Below are positions 1-10,011 of a DNA stretch of 64,000 nucleotides, piece by piece (the first letter of the stretch is position 1; each line of letters starts with the position of its first letter). A program made the position numbers and the translations under genes. This DNA comes from Bryobacterales bacterium. Lineage in GTDB: Bacteria > Acidobacteriota > Terriglobia > Bryobacterales > UBA6623. The notes under the pieces are model-generated. The model had not been told where the DNA came from and did not search any database. It was given only the letters and a program-made list of their open reading frames with translations. The stretch lies in NCBI GenBank assembly GCA_965263255.1, contig CBDHHA010000008.1, forward strand, positions 1,916,510 through 1,980,509. Reading direction: 5' to 3'.

Positions 1-1912
1 GGGAATGCAGGCGCGCTACCAGCGCTCGCGTCCGAGGGTCGGCCTGCGGCCCGATCACAGCGACCTCGTCAAGCCCACGGTGCCAGGCATCCAGTGCGCA
101 CAGCAACCTCTCCTGCTGGAACACCGCGCGCGACGTGGAATCGACGAACACCTTCAGGATCACTCCCGCCTTCTCACGGTAATCCCCGCGCCCCAGCAGC
201 ACGGAGAGCTTCTGCAGGCTCAACGCCATCATCGAGTTCGCCGAAGGAGTGGCCCCGTCCTGCACCGACTTGCTCCGGACCAGCAGTTCCTCGTGGTCCG
301 AGGCCGTGAGGAAGAACCCGCCGGCACCCTCGTCCCAGTAGTGCTGCACCAGCGTGTCCGCGAGCTGTTCCGCCTCCAGCAGCCAGCGCAGGTCGCCCCG
401 CCACTCGTAGATCGCAAGCAGGCCGTCGATCACGAATGCATAGTCCGTGCTGTAAGCGGTGAGCCGCGCCTTGCCCTTGCCGAAGGTCGCGAGCAGCCTG
501 TCCCCGTCGCGCACCCTCGACAGCAGGAATTCCGCGGCCTGCTCGGCAGCCTCTCGGTAACGGGGCTCGTCGAACACGGCCGCCGCCCTCGCCAGCGCGG
601 CGATCATGAGGCCGTTCCAGCCTGTCAGGATCTTGTCGTCGAGCGCGGGGCGCACACGCTGGCAGCGCAGCCGGTAGAGCCTGTCCCTCGAGCGGGCCAG
701 CGACGCCTCGACCTCCTCCAGCGGAACGCCGTCCAGCTTGGCCAGCACGTCCGCAGCTCGCACCACCCGGAGCACGTTCTTCGGGCCGCTCGGCACGTGA
801 GCGTCGCCGGGGTGCATCCAGTTGCCGTGGTCCGAGACGTCGTAGTGCGAGCAGAATAGGCGGGCGTCTTCGGCGTCGAGCGCCTCTACCACCTCGCCCT
901 TGGTCCATACGTAGTACTTGCCCTCCTTCCCCTCGCTGTCCGCGTCCTCGCTGGAGTAGAAGCCGCCTTCGGGGCTGCGAAGGTCGCGGAGCACGTAGTC
1001 GCAGATTCCGCGCGCCCTTTCCGCGAAGAGCTGCTTGTTGGGAGCCTCCCCGGTCGCCTGCCAGGCATCGGTCAACACGGACACGACGAGGGCTTGGTCG
1101 TACAGCATCTTCTCGAAATGCGGCACAAGCCATTCGGGGTCCGTCGCGTACCGGTGCAGACCGCCGCCCAAGTGGTCGTAGATCCCGCCGGAGCACATTC
1201 GCTCCAGGGTGAGTTCGACGGCCGCACGGTAGCGGGCCTCGCCGGACGACTGCGCGGCACGGAGCAGCAGTTCCAAGGAGAGCGATTGCGGGAACTTGTT
1301 GCCACCGCTCGCAATGCCACCCCGGGAGTGATCGAAGGCGCGGTAGACCGCGCCGGCCGCGCTGGAAACGATGTCTGCGGAGGGGTCTGAGGCGGCGCTC
1401 TCCTGGCGGTTCATCTGGCGGAGCGCTTCGGCCACCTTCTCGGCGTTCTCGAGCAGCGCCGGCCGTTCGAGCGTCCACTTCTGCTGCAGGAACGCTAGCA
1501 GCGTCTTGAATCCGGGGCGCCCGTAGGCATCCTCCTTGGGGAAGTACGTGCCGGCATAGACGGGACGCAGGTCAGGCGCCAGGAAGACGCTCATCGGCCA
1601 GCCCCCGTGGCCGCCGGAGAACAGCATCGTGGCGGCCATGTAGATTTCGTCGAGGTCGGGGCGCTCCTCGCGGTCCACCTTGACCGGGATGAAGTCGCGG
1701 TTGAGGATCCCGGCAACCGCATCGTCCTCGAAGGACTCGTGCTCCATCACGTGGCACCAGTGACACGCGGCGTATCCGATGCTGAGGAAAATCAGCTTGT
1801 CCTGGGCTCGCGCGCGAGACAGGGCCTCTTCGCCCCACGGCAGCCAGTCGACAGGATTCCCCGCGTGCTGGAGCAGGTACGGGCTGGTCTCTCCCGCGAG
1901 ACTGTTGGGCAT
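1..1912 (-). CDS. Thioredoxin-domain protein of the DUF255/YyaL (SPATA20-like) family; 3' end lies beyond the window
   Basis: Absent from the ORF track because it runs off the left edge. My translation from the ATG at 1912 reads MPNSLAGETSPYLLQHAGNPVDWLPWGEEALSRARAQDKLIFLSIGYAACHWCHVMEHESF... then ...LHRYATDPEWLVPHFEKMLYDQA...GGFYSSEDADSEGKEGKYYVW...DDKILTGWNGLMIAAL. The frame stays open down to position 2. Confidence 0.85.
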   Translation of the reverse strand, partial: MPNSLAGETSPYLLQHAGNPVDWLPWGEEALSRARAQDKLIFLSIGYAACHWCHVMEHESFEDDAVAGILNRDFIPVKVDREERPDLDEIYMAATMLFSGGHGGWPMSVFLAPDLRPVYAGTYFPKEDAYGRPGFKTLLAFLQQKWTLERPALLENAEKVAEALRQMNRQESAASDPSADIVSSAAGAVYRAFDHSRGGIASGGNKFPQSLSLELLLRAAQSSGEARYRAAVELTLERMCSGGIYDHLGGGLHRYATDPEWLVPHFEKMLYDQALVVSVLTDAWQATGEAPNKQLFAERARGICDYVLRDLRSPEGGFYSSEDADSEGKEGKYYVWTKGEVVEALDAEDARLFCSHYDVSDHGNWMHPGDAHVPSGPKNVLRVVRAADVLAKLDGVPLEEVEASLARSRDRLYRLRCQRVRPALDDKILTGWNGLMIAALARAAAVFDEPRYREAAEQAAEFLLSRVRDGDRLLATFGKGKARLTAYSTDYAFVIDGLLAIYEWRGDLRWLLEAEQLADTLVQHYWDEGAGGFFLTASDHEELLVRSKSVQDGATPSANSMMALSLQKLSVLLGRGDYREKAGVILKVFVDSTSRAVFQQERLLCALDAWHRGLDEVAVIGPQADPRTRALVARLHS

Positions 1913-1974
1913 TCTCGTGGATGGTAGCAAGGCCGGTGCCGGTCCCGGCTTGGCGCTGCTTGCGTCGAACCGTC

Positions 1975-2751
1975 CTAGAAGGACAGGCCGACCATGATTT
2001 CGACGTGGTTGCGGAGGGCGTTGGCGAGCCCGATCTCGAACGACTTCTCCTGCCAGCGCATGTAGCGGCCCTCAACGCTCAGCTTCAGGTTGATGTCGTC
2101 GATCAGTTCGAACCCGATACCGCCGACCAAGCCCATCGTCCGCTCGTTCGCGACTTGCGGGGTGACGTCCAGGAACTGGCTTTCCCCTCCGTCGAGGTCG
2201 GCGATCTCCCTGGTGGCCTTCGCGTTCCGGACCAGGCGCATCCCGACGCCGCCGGAGATGAACGGGCGGGCCCTCTGGCGGGGCCCGTTGAGGTAGTAGC
2301 GGACTGTCACGGGGATGTCCCAGTGGTTCGCCTCGGTCACCAGGAACTCGTTCGAAAGGAGCTGGGCGGGGCGAGTCGCCGTCTGGTTCCGCTCGACCCT
2401 GGTGCTGGTCTCGAACCGGATGCTGTGCGCCATCAGCTCCGCCACCACGCCCCAGCGCGGCAGGATGTTGAACTGGACGCCGGCACCGACGCCCCAGTTG
2501 TCCTGCTGGGGCTCCGACTTCGCCGTGAACTTGGTCGGGGGATTCGTCGAGGTGCTGGTCTGATCATCCGTCCCTTCGGTGATCTGGGCGGTGATCTGGT
2601 AGCCCAGGCGGACGCCGACCGCGAAGCGATCGAACTCCACTCGCGGGCTGCGCCGTTGGGGCGCTGGATCCTGCTGGGCGTGCAGCCCGGCCGACAGGGA
2701 GCCCAGCAATCCCAGCACTAGCAAGGCGCGGTAACAACGGCGGATATTCAT
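1975..2751 (-). CDS. Outer-membrane beta-barrel (porin/OmpW-like) protein
   Basis: Has an N-terminal signal peptide (MNIRRCYRALLVLGLLGSLSAGLHAQ), an alternating beta-strand-like composition and a C-terminal aromatic residue (...VEIMVGLSF). Confidence 0.6.
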   Translation of the reverse strand: MNIRRCYRALLVLGLLGSLSAGLHAQQDPAPQRRSPRVEFDRFAVGVRLGYQITAQITEGTDDQTSTSTNPPTKFTAKSEPQQDNWGVGAGVQFNILPRWGVVAELMAHSIRFETSTRVERNQTATRPAQLLSNEFLVTEANHWDIPVTVRYYLNGPRQRARPFISGGVGMRLVRNAKATREIADLDGGESQFLDVTPQVANERTMGLVGGIGFELIDDINLKLSVEGRYMRWQEKSFEIGLANALRNHVEIMVGLSF

Positions 2752-2801
2752 GATTCGTTGAAGGGACCCCTTCCAGTCAGATTCGCACAGTGGGACGGCT
2801 C

Positions 2802-3575
2802 TTAGGTTAGGTCCGCGATCACCGGGGCGTGGTCGGAAGCGGTGAGGCCATCCTTCTTCTTGCGGTATTCGCGATCAACGCGAACGGAGTCAAGTCTCTC
2901 GGCAATGCCCGCCGTTCCCAGCAGGAAGTCGATGCGCAGGCCTTGATTGCGGTAGAACGAACCGCCCCGGTAGTCCCACCAAGAATACATTCTCTCATGC
3001 GGGTGCATGTGGCGGAAGAGATCGGCGAGGCCCCATTGCAGGAGATACGCAAATCGCCCTCGTTCGGATTCCGTGTGGAAGATCGTTCCCCCGAGGCGCT
3101 CCTCGTCCCAAGTATCGATCGGCGCAGGCACCACGTTGAAGTCACCGCACAGCACCATGGGGACGGATGGGTCGTGGCGCTCCGCCAGATGCCCGGCCAG
3201 GCCGTCGAGCCAGGCGAGCTTCCGCTCGAAGTCCGGATGCTCGATCGCCTTGCCGTTGGGGACGTAGACGGTGGTGAAGGACAGGCCTTCAACATCCGCA
3301 GTCAGCAGGCGGGCGCCGAAGTCCTCCTGGCCGGGAAGGCCGACCTGACGGACGGCAGCCGGATGCTTCGAGAGGATCGCCACGCCATTCCACGCCTTCT
3401 GGCCGTGCGTCAGCGCACGGTAGCCTTCCGCCTCGAACACCGGCAAGGGGAACTGCTCGTCGAGCATCTTGATCTCCTGGAGGCCGACGAGATCGGGCTG
3501 CCGGTCCCTGAGCCAGTGAAGCACGTACTCCAGCCGCGCGCGGAGACCGTTCACATTCCAGGTCGCGATCCGCAA
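2802..3575 (-). CDS. xthA: Exodeoxyribonuclease III
   Basis: MRIATWNVNGLRARL...LQEIK...CGDFNV...SDHAPV, the full set of EEP/ExoIII signature blocks; 257 aa. Confidence 0.9.
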   Translation of the reverse strand: MRIATWNVNGLRARLEYVLHWLRDRQPDLVGLQEIKMLDEQFPLPVFEAEGYRALTHGQKAWNGVAILSKHPAAVRQVGLPGQEDFGARLLTADVEGLSFTTVYVPNGKAIEHPDFERKLAWLDGLAGHLAERHDPSVPMVLCGDFNVVPAPIDTWDEERLGGTIFHTESERGRFAYLLQWGLADLFRHMHPHERMYSWWDYRGGSFYRNQGLRIDFLLGTAGIAERLDSVRVDREYRKKKDGLTASDHAPVIADLT

Positions 3576-3857
3576 CTCTCTATTACAGCACGAGTTGCCG
3601 GACCGGTTACGGGAGGCAGGAAGCCGGGAAGCCGCCGCTTCGACGGGCCGTGCCTGACCGTCCCGGCCCTGTCACCGGGACCCTTCTGGGGTAGACCGAG
3701 TGCTTTCCGCACCCGGCCGAGGCGTCCGGCGGACCGCACCCTGCCGAGAGCGGTTCATGGCGGATCCGACTGCCGCAGGGGTTGCGGGCAATGACGGAGT
3801 CCCCGTGCAAGCCCGGACAGCCCCGGGGCGGGCCTTTCGGCCGCGCTCGTCAGGGAT

Positions 3858-5018
3858 TCAGCAAGCGATTGCTTCCCAACGGCGGCTGGCCGAGGCCCTG
3901 GCGGCAGCGTCAAGCACCTGCTGGTTTCTCAAGCCGTCCCGGAAATCCGGATGCGTGCTCGTGCCCTCAGCGAGCGCCACCAGCCAGTCGTGAATCGTGT
4001 GCGTGAAGCTGTGCTCGTAGCCGAGAAGGTGGCCGTCGAACCACCACGCATCGGCGTACGGATGCTGCCCCAGCGAGCACGCGATGATCTCGCGGAACCC
4101 TTGCGCGTCGGGCTGGTCGTCGACCGAGTAGTACCGCAGGACGTTGAGGTTCTCCAGGTCGAACTCGATGGAGCCCTTGCTGCCGTTGATCTCGAAGGTG
4201 TTGTGGTTCTTGCGGCCGGGCGCGAACCGGGAGGCCTCGATCGTCCCGATAGCGCCGTTCTCGAACCGCACGCACAGCGCGGCGGCGTCGTCGACCGTCA
4301 CGTCGGCCATCTCGCTCGATCCGGCCGCGACAGCGCGGCGCTTGATGAAGGTCTCCGAAGTCGCGGCGAGTTCCGCGATCTCGCCGCACAAGTACCGACC
4401 CAGGTCAATGACGTGCGCGCCCAAGTCCCCCAGCGCCCCGCTGCCGGCCAGCTTGGAGTCGAATCTCCAGACAAGTTCCAGATCGGGCGAACGCGCCCAG
4501 TCCTGCAGGTAGCGCGCCCGGAAGTGGTAGATCTCGCCGATTCGCCCGTCCTCGACCATGCGCCTGGCAAGCGCGACGGCCGGCACGCGCCGGTAGTTGT
4601 GCATGAGCAGATGCGAGACGCCGGCCTGCTCGACCGCCGCGACCATGCGCTCCGCTTCCGCCAGGGTGTTCGCGAGGGGCTTCTCGCAGACAATCTGCTT
4701 TCCGGCCTCGGCTGCCGCAAGCACCATCTCGCAGTGCATGTTGCCCGGCGTCGAGATATCGACGATGTCGATGTCGTCGCGGGCCACGACGGCCCTCCAG
4801 TCCGTGGACGCCTCCTGCCAGCCGAATGAACGCCTGGCCTGCTCGGTCTCGTCGGGGCTGCGACCGCAAATCACGACCCGCTCGACGGTCGGCGCGTCAG
4901 GGAAGTACATGTTGACGTTGCGGTACGCCTGGCTATGGGCCTTACCCATGAACTTCGTGCCGAGCAGAGCAACGCGGTAGGTCTTCTGCTGGATGGATGC
5001 TTGCTCCTTGGGTTTCAA
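3858..5018 (-). CDS. Gfo/Idh/MocA family oxidoreductase
   Basis: Has an N-terminal Rossmann start (YRVALLGTKFMGKAHSQAY) and EKPLA in CEKPLANTLAEAERM; 386 aa, a typical length. Confidence 0.85.
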   Translation of the reverse strand: MKPKEQASIQQKTYRVALLGTKFMGKAHSQAYRNVNMYFPDAPTVERVVICGRSPDETEQARRSFGWQEASTDWRAVVARDDIDIVDISTPGNMHCEMVLAAAEAGKQIVCEKPLANTLAEAERMVAAVEQAGVSHLLMHNYRRVPAVALARRMVEDGRIGEIYHFRARYLQDWARSPDLELVWRFDSKLAGSGALGDLGAHVIDLGRYLCGEIAELAATSETFIKRRAVAAGSSEMADVTVDDAAALCVRFENGAIGTIEASRFAPGRKNHNTFEINGSKGSIEFDLENLNVLRYYSVDDQPDAQGFREIIACSLGQHPYADAWWFDGHLLGYEHSFTHTIHDWLVALAEGTSTHPDFRDGLRNQQVLDAAARASASRRWEAIAC

Positions 5019-5057
5019 GGCGGTTTCCTCCGGATCGATGGGATTGCGACGGACCTG

Positions 5058-5570
5058 CTAGATGAACATCTCTTCGTCCGTCGAGATGCGCTCCGGGCTC
5101 GTGGCGCGGCCGCGGTTGAACTGCCGCAGCGCGGCGGCGATGCCGGCCGCTAAGCCCCGGAGCTGGGCAATCGGAGCCCTGACGGCGCGGTCCAGCGAGT
5201 CCGCGGCGGCATTGACCCGGCCCAGCGTGTTGCTCACTGCCGACTGCACCTCGTCGATATTGCGCTCGGCGGACGTTGCAAGGCTGTTCATCAGCGAGTC
5301 CGCCCTAAGCGCCTGCTTGTGCAGGAGGGCCGAGAGGGCGTTCAGCCTGGACAGGAGCTCGCCGGACTGCTCGGTGAAGTCAGCGACCGCCGCGCGGGTC
5401 TCCGCGGCCACGGGCTCCCAAGTGTCGAGAAGCCGGTTGACCCGCTCCTCAAGCCTTCGAGCCGACTTCATCACACCGAGCACGGAATACGCCAGCACGA
5501 TGAGCACCGCGGTCGCCACCACCGCGAGACCCGCCATCACCCGCACCAAGAGTTGGATCTCGTCCATCAC
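5058..5570 (-). CDS. Membrane-anchored coiled-coil protein (DUF948-like)
   Basis: A single N-terminal TM helix (AGLAVVATAVLIVLAYSVLGV) is followed by a long Ala/Leu/Arg-rich helical region. It lies next to a YtxH-like gene, as these two families often do. Confidence 0.5.
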   Translation of the reverse strand: MMDEIQLLVRVMAGLAVVATAVLIVLAYSVLGVMKSARRLEERVNRLLDTWEPVAAETRAAVADFTEQSGELLSRLNALSALLHKQALRADSLMNSLATSAERNIDEVQSAVSNTLGRVNAAADSLDRAVRAPIAQLRGLAAGIAAALRQFNRGRATSPERISTDEEMFI

Positions 5571-5615
5571 TTGCCTCGGCTCCCCGAGGTGCCCGCATCA
5601 TGCGCAGGCCCGCGG

Positions 5616-5897
5616 CTAGGGCTTGTCGACTGCGCTCCGATACGCATCCATGCCCGCTTGGTAGGCGGATTCCAGATTCTCCCGCTGGGACTCCACCAGT
5701 TCCCTGCTCCAGTCGATCGCGACTCCTGCGGACTTGAGGACCTCTTCCGAGCCCTTCCTGAACAAGTCCTGCCCGTCCTTCGCTGCCTTCCGGAGATCTT
5801 CCCGTGTCTTGTCGCCGCGACTGGGAGCCACCAGCAACCCGAATGTCGCTCCGAGTCCCAGGCCGATCAGGAAACTCGGGATGCGATTGTCGGCCAT
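5616..5897 (-). CDS. YtxH-like small membrane protein
   Basis: MADNRIPSFLIGLGLGATFGLLVAPSRGDKTREDLRK matches the YtxH N-terminal signature. I chose the ATG at 5897 over the longer track start at 5921. Confidence 0.6.
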   Translation of the reverse strand: MADNRIPSFLIGLGLGATFGLLVAPSRGDKTREDLRKAAKDGQDLFRKGSEEVLKSAGVAIDWSRELVESQRENLESAYQAGMDAYRSAVDKP

Positions 5898-6230
5898 TCC
5901 AGCAACACTCCGGCTCGGCAAGCCGATGTTAGCACACGGAACCGCCTGCGGACCGAGCCGCCCCCGGCGCGCCTCGGACGGCTGCCGCCAAGCCGAAGGC
6001 AGCCTTCAGTAACTGCGAAACCCCACGCGAAGACCGGCACCCGGAGACCTGCGGGAGGCGGGCTTGAAGTTGCCCTTATTCGCTCTTGGGTGGATCGCGA
6101 ACGCCCGCGAGGAGCTCGCGCGAGCGATCGTTGGAACCGTGGCTGGCGCCTTGGCGCAACTTCCAGTGCCGCAACTTCCAGTTGAGAGGCGGGTGCCCTG
6201 TCCCTACAATGTTGTTGGAACCGAACCCTC

Positions 6231-7604
6231 ATGAGGCTCCAGCAACTCCTCGCGGCTCTTGCCGCTCCCCTCGTGGCGGCCGGCGCCTCGGACTCGGTCA
6301 GCTACTACAACGACGTCCGCCCGCTGCTCCAGGTCCATTGCTCGGGCTGCCACCAGCCAGCTAACACAATGAGCGGGCTGGATGTCACCGCCTACGAGGG
6401 TATAGTCCGTGGCGGTGCGAAGTACGGCAGCTCGGTTGTCGGGGGGGTGCCAGACAACAGTCCGCTGGTGAGCTTGGTCATGGGCAAGGTGGAGCCCCGC
6501 ATGCCGATGGGTGCCTCCCCGCTCCCTGCGGAGGCGATAGACCTGCTGACCCGCTGGGTCCGGGAAGGTGCGGCGGACGACACCCCGCCCGAGGCGAGGG
6601 CCCCGCAAGCCCCCGCAGAGCCTCCCACCTATACGCAGGCCCCGACGATCACCGGGCTGACTTTCTCGCCGGACGGCGAGCACCTGGCCGTCGGGGGATC
6701 CCAGGAGATCCTGCTCCACAAGGCGGACGGTTCCGCGATCGAGGCGCGCCTGCTCGGCCGGTCCGCCAAGATTCACTCGATCGATTTCTCGCCGGACGGC
6801 AAGCGGCTCGTGGCAGTCGGAGGGACGCCCGCTCGATTCGGCGAGCTGCAGGTGTGGAACCTCGAGACACGCGAGCTCGCCCGCTCGGTGACCGCTACTT
6901 CAGACACGCTCTTCGCCGGAGACCTGTCCCCGGACGGGACCCGCGCCGTCTTCGGCGCGACCGACAAGTCGGTGCGCATGGTTGATCTCGCGAGCGGCGA
7001 GGAAGTGTTCAAGGCGGGCCACCACGAGGACTGGGTCCTGCAGTCGGTATTCGGCGTGGACGGCAAGCGGATCGTGTCCGTGAGCCGGGACCGCGCAGCC
7101 AAGCTCGCCGACGCCGGAACCGGCGCGTTCCTCGAGAACGTGAACTTCCTTCGCGACAAGCTCTACGCCGTAGCGCGCCATCCGCGACGCGACTACGTGC
7201 TGATCGGCGGAGAGGATCGCGTGCCCTACCTGTATACGATGGACCGGCCGCGCGCTTTGAAGATCGCCGACGACTCGACCCTGATCCGGAAGTTCGAGGA
7301 GCAGGACGGGAAGATCTTCGCGCTGGCCTTCAGCCCGGACGGCTCGCGCATCGCGGTCGGGGGCGTAGCCGCGGAGATCCGGATCTACGACTCCGAGAGC
7401 GGGGAGCGCCTAGCCACCTGCACCGGCCACGAGGGAGGGATATTCGTAATCGCATTCCATCCCGACGGCACCCGCGTCGCGGCGGGAGGATTCGACGGGA
7501 CGGTCCGCATCTACGACTCCGGAACGGGCCAGCAGATGCACTCGTTCGTGCCTGTGCCGCTGGAACAGGCAGACGTCCCGGCGGGAGAGGCCAGCGCGGG
7601 ATAG
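6231..7604 (+). CDS. Secreted c-type cytochrome domain (PSCyt1-like, CxxCH) fused to WD40 repeats
   Basis: Signal peptide, then YYNDVRPLLQVHCSGCHQP (heme-binding CxxCH), then repeated ...FSPDG.. WD40-type blades (FSPDGEHLAVGG, FSPDGKRLVAVGG, LSPDGTRAVFG, FSPDGSRIAVGG, FHPDGTRVAAGG). Confidence 0.8.
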   Translation: MRLQQLLAALAAPLVAAGASDSVSYYNDVRPLLQVHCSGCHQPANTMSGLDVTAYEGIVRGGAKYGSSVVGGVPDNSPLVSLVMGKVEPRMPMGASPLPAEAIDLLTRWVREGAADDTPPEARAPQAPAEPPTYTQAPTITGLTFSPDGEHLAVGGSQEILLHKADGSAIEARLLGRSAKIHSIDFSPDGKRLVAVGGTPARFGELQVWNLETRELARSVTATSDTLFAGDLSPDGTRAVFGATDKSVRMVDLASGEEVFKAGHHEDWVLQSVFGVDGKRIVSVSRDRAAKLADAGTGAFLENVNFLRDKLYAVARHPRRDYVLIGGEDRVPYLYTMDRPRALKIADDSTLIRKFEEQDGKIFALAFSPDGSRIAVGGVAAEIRIYDSESGERLATCTGHEGGIFVIAFHPDGTRVAAGGFDGTVRIYDSGTGQQMHSFVPVPLEQADVPAGEASAG

Positions 7605-7608
7605 CCCG

Positions 7609-10011
7609 ATGGCAAAAGTACACCGGCTCGCCGGGCTCGCAATCGCCGGGGCGCTTTCGCTCCAGTCACTCCCGGCCAGCCCGACTCTGACCAGCGTTTC
7701 TCCGCCCGGAGGGCAGCGCGGCACGGCGGTGCGCCTGGCGCTCAGCGGAAGCGGGCTCGAAGGAAAGATTGACATCCGCTCGGGCATTCCCGGATCCATC
7801 ACCGAACTCGCCACGGAGGGCCCGGGACGGCTCTACCTTCTGGAGATCGCCGGCGACGCCGAGCCTGGTGCGTATCCGATCGCCGTCGAGACCCCGGGCG
7901 GGCTCACGAACATCTGGCTGTTCAGCGTCTCGGCATTCCCGGAGCAGCGCGAGCTCGAATCGGCCAGGCCGCGGGCTCCGCGGAACGACTCGGCCGCGAG
8001 TGCGCAGCAGATCGCGACACCAGTCGTAGTGAGCGGAACGCTCGGGGAGGCCGACCGAGACCTGTATCGCATCGGAATGGAAGCTGGCGAGCGGATCGTT
8101 CTGGAAGTGGAGGCAAGGCGAATCGGGTCCGCGATCGATCCGGTCCTCGCGGTCCACGGCACGGACGGCAGGACCGTGTCGCGCAGCGACGACTCGCCGG
8201 GAATCGGTAGTGACGCCCGGATCGATTTCGAGGCCCAGGCGGCTGGCGAGTACGTCGTGGAAGTGCACGACGCGCGTTTCAGTAGGCAGCGGCGCAACTT
8301 CTACCGATTGGTGGCGGGCCCGATCGAGTACGCGGAGGCAATCTTCCCGCTGGGGTGGACCGCCGGCAGTCCGGTCGAAGTCGAACTGTCGGGTGGCACC
8401 CTGCCCCATCCGGAGAAGGTCACGGTGCACGGCAGCCGAGTGGCAGTTCCCGGCCGGCAAGGCGGCCTACCGATCCCGCTGATCCGGAGCTCGGATCCCG
8501 AGACCGTGGAGCCGGATGCACCGGGAGACCGGTGGCTTGAGGAAGGCACGGTGGTCAACGGAAGGATCGCCGCCGAGGGAGAAGTCGACGCCTACCGCCT
8601 GGCAGTGAGGCCCGGCGACGAGTGGATGATCGAAACACAGGCAGCGATCCTGGGCACGTCAAGGCTGTACACGCTGCTTGTCCTGCGGGACCCGAGCGGC
8701 AGTAAGCTGGCGTCGGCTGGCGACCAGCCCCCGGAACAGCTGCTTTCCAATATTTCGTCGCGGGCGGAGACCTTCGGCGATCCGTCATTGGGCATTCGCG
8801 TGCCCGATGGCATCGAAGAGCTGCAGGTGAGCATCGAGGACCTGCTCGGCCGGGGAGGGCCCGCCTTCGGATACCGGCTGGTGGCACGCCGGCAGCCGGC
8901 GGATTTCATCCTGAGGCTGGACGACACCCACATCAATATCCCCCGGAGCGGCAGCGCGAGCGTGTCGCTGACAATGGACCGGAGAGGCTACGAGGGCCCG
9001 GTCCGGATCGTAGCCGAAGGCCTGCCGGACGGAGTGGTCGCGGAGGGCGGCAACATCCCCGCCGAGTTCGGAGGCATGACGACCCAGCGCCAGTCGCTGA
9101 AGGGCCGCCTGAGCCTGACAGCCCCGCCGGACGCAGAGCCGGGCCTGGCACGGGTTTCGTTCTACGGCGAGGGGCGCACCGAGGACGGAAGGGTCTTCCG
9201 GCGTCCCGCACTGACATCGGCCCTGGTAGCTCCGGTCGCGGGAGCCAAGCAGCGTCCTGTCCGCGTTCCGGGCGACGGGAATTCGGTTCCGGCAATGGTG
9301 GTCGAGGCCGGCCCGGCGAGCATCGAGGTCAACTCCCCCAGGCACCTGCGGTTGATCCAAGGACTGAAGCACGACATCAAGTGGACGTACCGGTCTCGCG
9401 CAGCCGGGACGCAGGCCATATCGGCGGTCCGACTGCTGAACGCTCCCGCCGTGGCAAACCTGCGGGTCCTGGGCAGCGCGGGCATCAAGGCCGGTGACAA
9501 GACGGGTGTCTTCGAAATGAACACCACGATGGGCACGCCCGCAATGCGGTTCGACTTGGTGCTCGAGGCCCAGGTTCGACATGGAGGCTCCAACCACACT
9601 GTCTACTCGCCGGCGATCATCGTGGACATCGTGCAGGGCTACCGGGTCGAGCCGCCGCCGCTCACGGTCCGTGCCCGCCCCGGCGCGGAATTCGAGCTCT
9701 CCGGGGTCTTCTCGCGCGAGCCCGAGTTCGATTCCGAGGTCATTGTCGAGGCCGTCAATCTTCCCGTGGGAGTGCGCTGCGAGTCCCAGCGGATCGCAGG
9801 CACGCCCGATCGCTACAGCCTGCCTTGCAGCTGCAGCGCGGAGGCTGCGGCGGGGGAGTACTCGGTGGAGATTGCCCCCCGGTCGGTCCTCGCCGGCAGG
9901 AACGAGGAAGCGGTCCCGTACAACATTCCGCCCGTCGAAGCACTCCTTGCAGTGGAAGGCGGCGATACAATGGCGGTGCAATCTGCCCCATCGGAGGGCC
10001 GAACCCAATGA
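7609..10011 (+). CDS. Large secreted protein with pre-peptidase-C-terminal (PPC)-like domains, function unknown
   Basis: Signal peptide MAKVHRLAGLAIAGALSLQSLPA. Two blocks resemble PPC domains (GTLGEADRDLYRIGMEAGERIVLEVEARR... and GRIAAEGEVDAYRLAVRPGDEWMIE). There is a 4-nt gap after the previous gene and an ATGA overlap with the next. Confidence 0.6.
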   Translation: MAKVHRLAGLAIAGALSLQSLPASPTLTSVSPPGGQRGTAVRLALSGSGLEGKIDIRSGIPGSITELATEGPGRLYLLEIAGDAEPGAYPIAVETPGGLTNIWLFSVSAFPEQRELESARPRAPRNDSAASAQQIATPVVVSGTLGEADRDLYRIGMEAGERIVLEVEARRIGSAIDPVLAVHGTDGRTVSRSDDSPGIGSDARIDFEAQAAGEYVVEVHDARFSRQRRNFYRLVAGPIEYAEAIFPLGWTAGSPVEVELSGGTLPHPEKVTVHGSRVAVPGRQGGLPIPLIRSSDPETVEPDAPGDRWLEEGTVVNGRIAAEGEVDAYRLAVRPGDEWMIETQAAILGTSRLYTLLVLRDPSGSKLASAGDQPPEQLLSNISSRAETFGDPSLGIRVPDGIEELQVSIEDLLGRGGPAFGYRLVARRQPADFILRLDDTHINIPRSGSASVSLTMDRRGYEGPVRIVAEGLPDGVVAEGGNIPAEFGGMTTQRQSLKGRLSLTAPPDAEPGLARVSFYGEGRTEDGRVFRRPALTSALVAPVAGAKQRPVRVPGDGNSVPAMVVEAGPASIEVNSPRHLRLIQGLKHDIKWTYRSRAAGTQAISAVRLLNAPAVANLRVLGSAGIKAGDKTGVFEMNTTMGTPAMRFDLVLEAQVRHGGSNHTVYSPAIIVDIVQGYRVEPPPLTVRARPGAEFELSGVFSREPEFDSEVIVEAVNLPVGVRCESQRIAGTPDRYSLPCSCSAEAAAGEYSVEIAPRSVLAGRNEEAVPYNIPPVEALLAVEGGDTMAVQSAPSEGRTQ

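Noticed and set aside
5-1478. Track ORFs 5..859 (+) and 174..1478 (-)
   Set aside because: Both are Arg/Pro/Gly-rich nonsense. The real gene is in the unlisted third minus frame (a DUF255/YyaL protein), which I translated directly.
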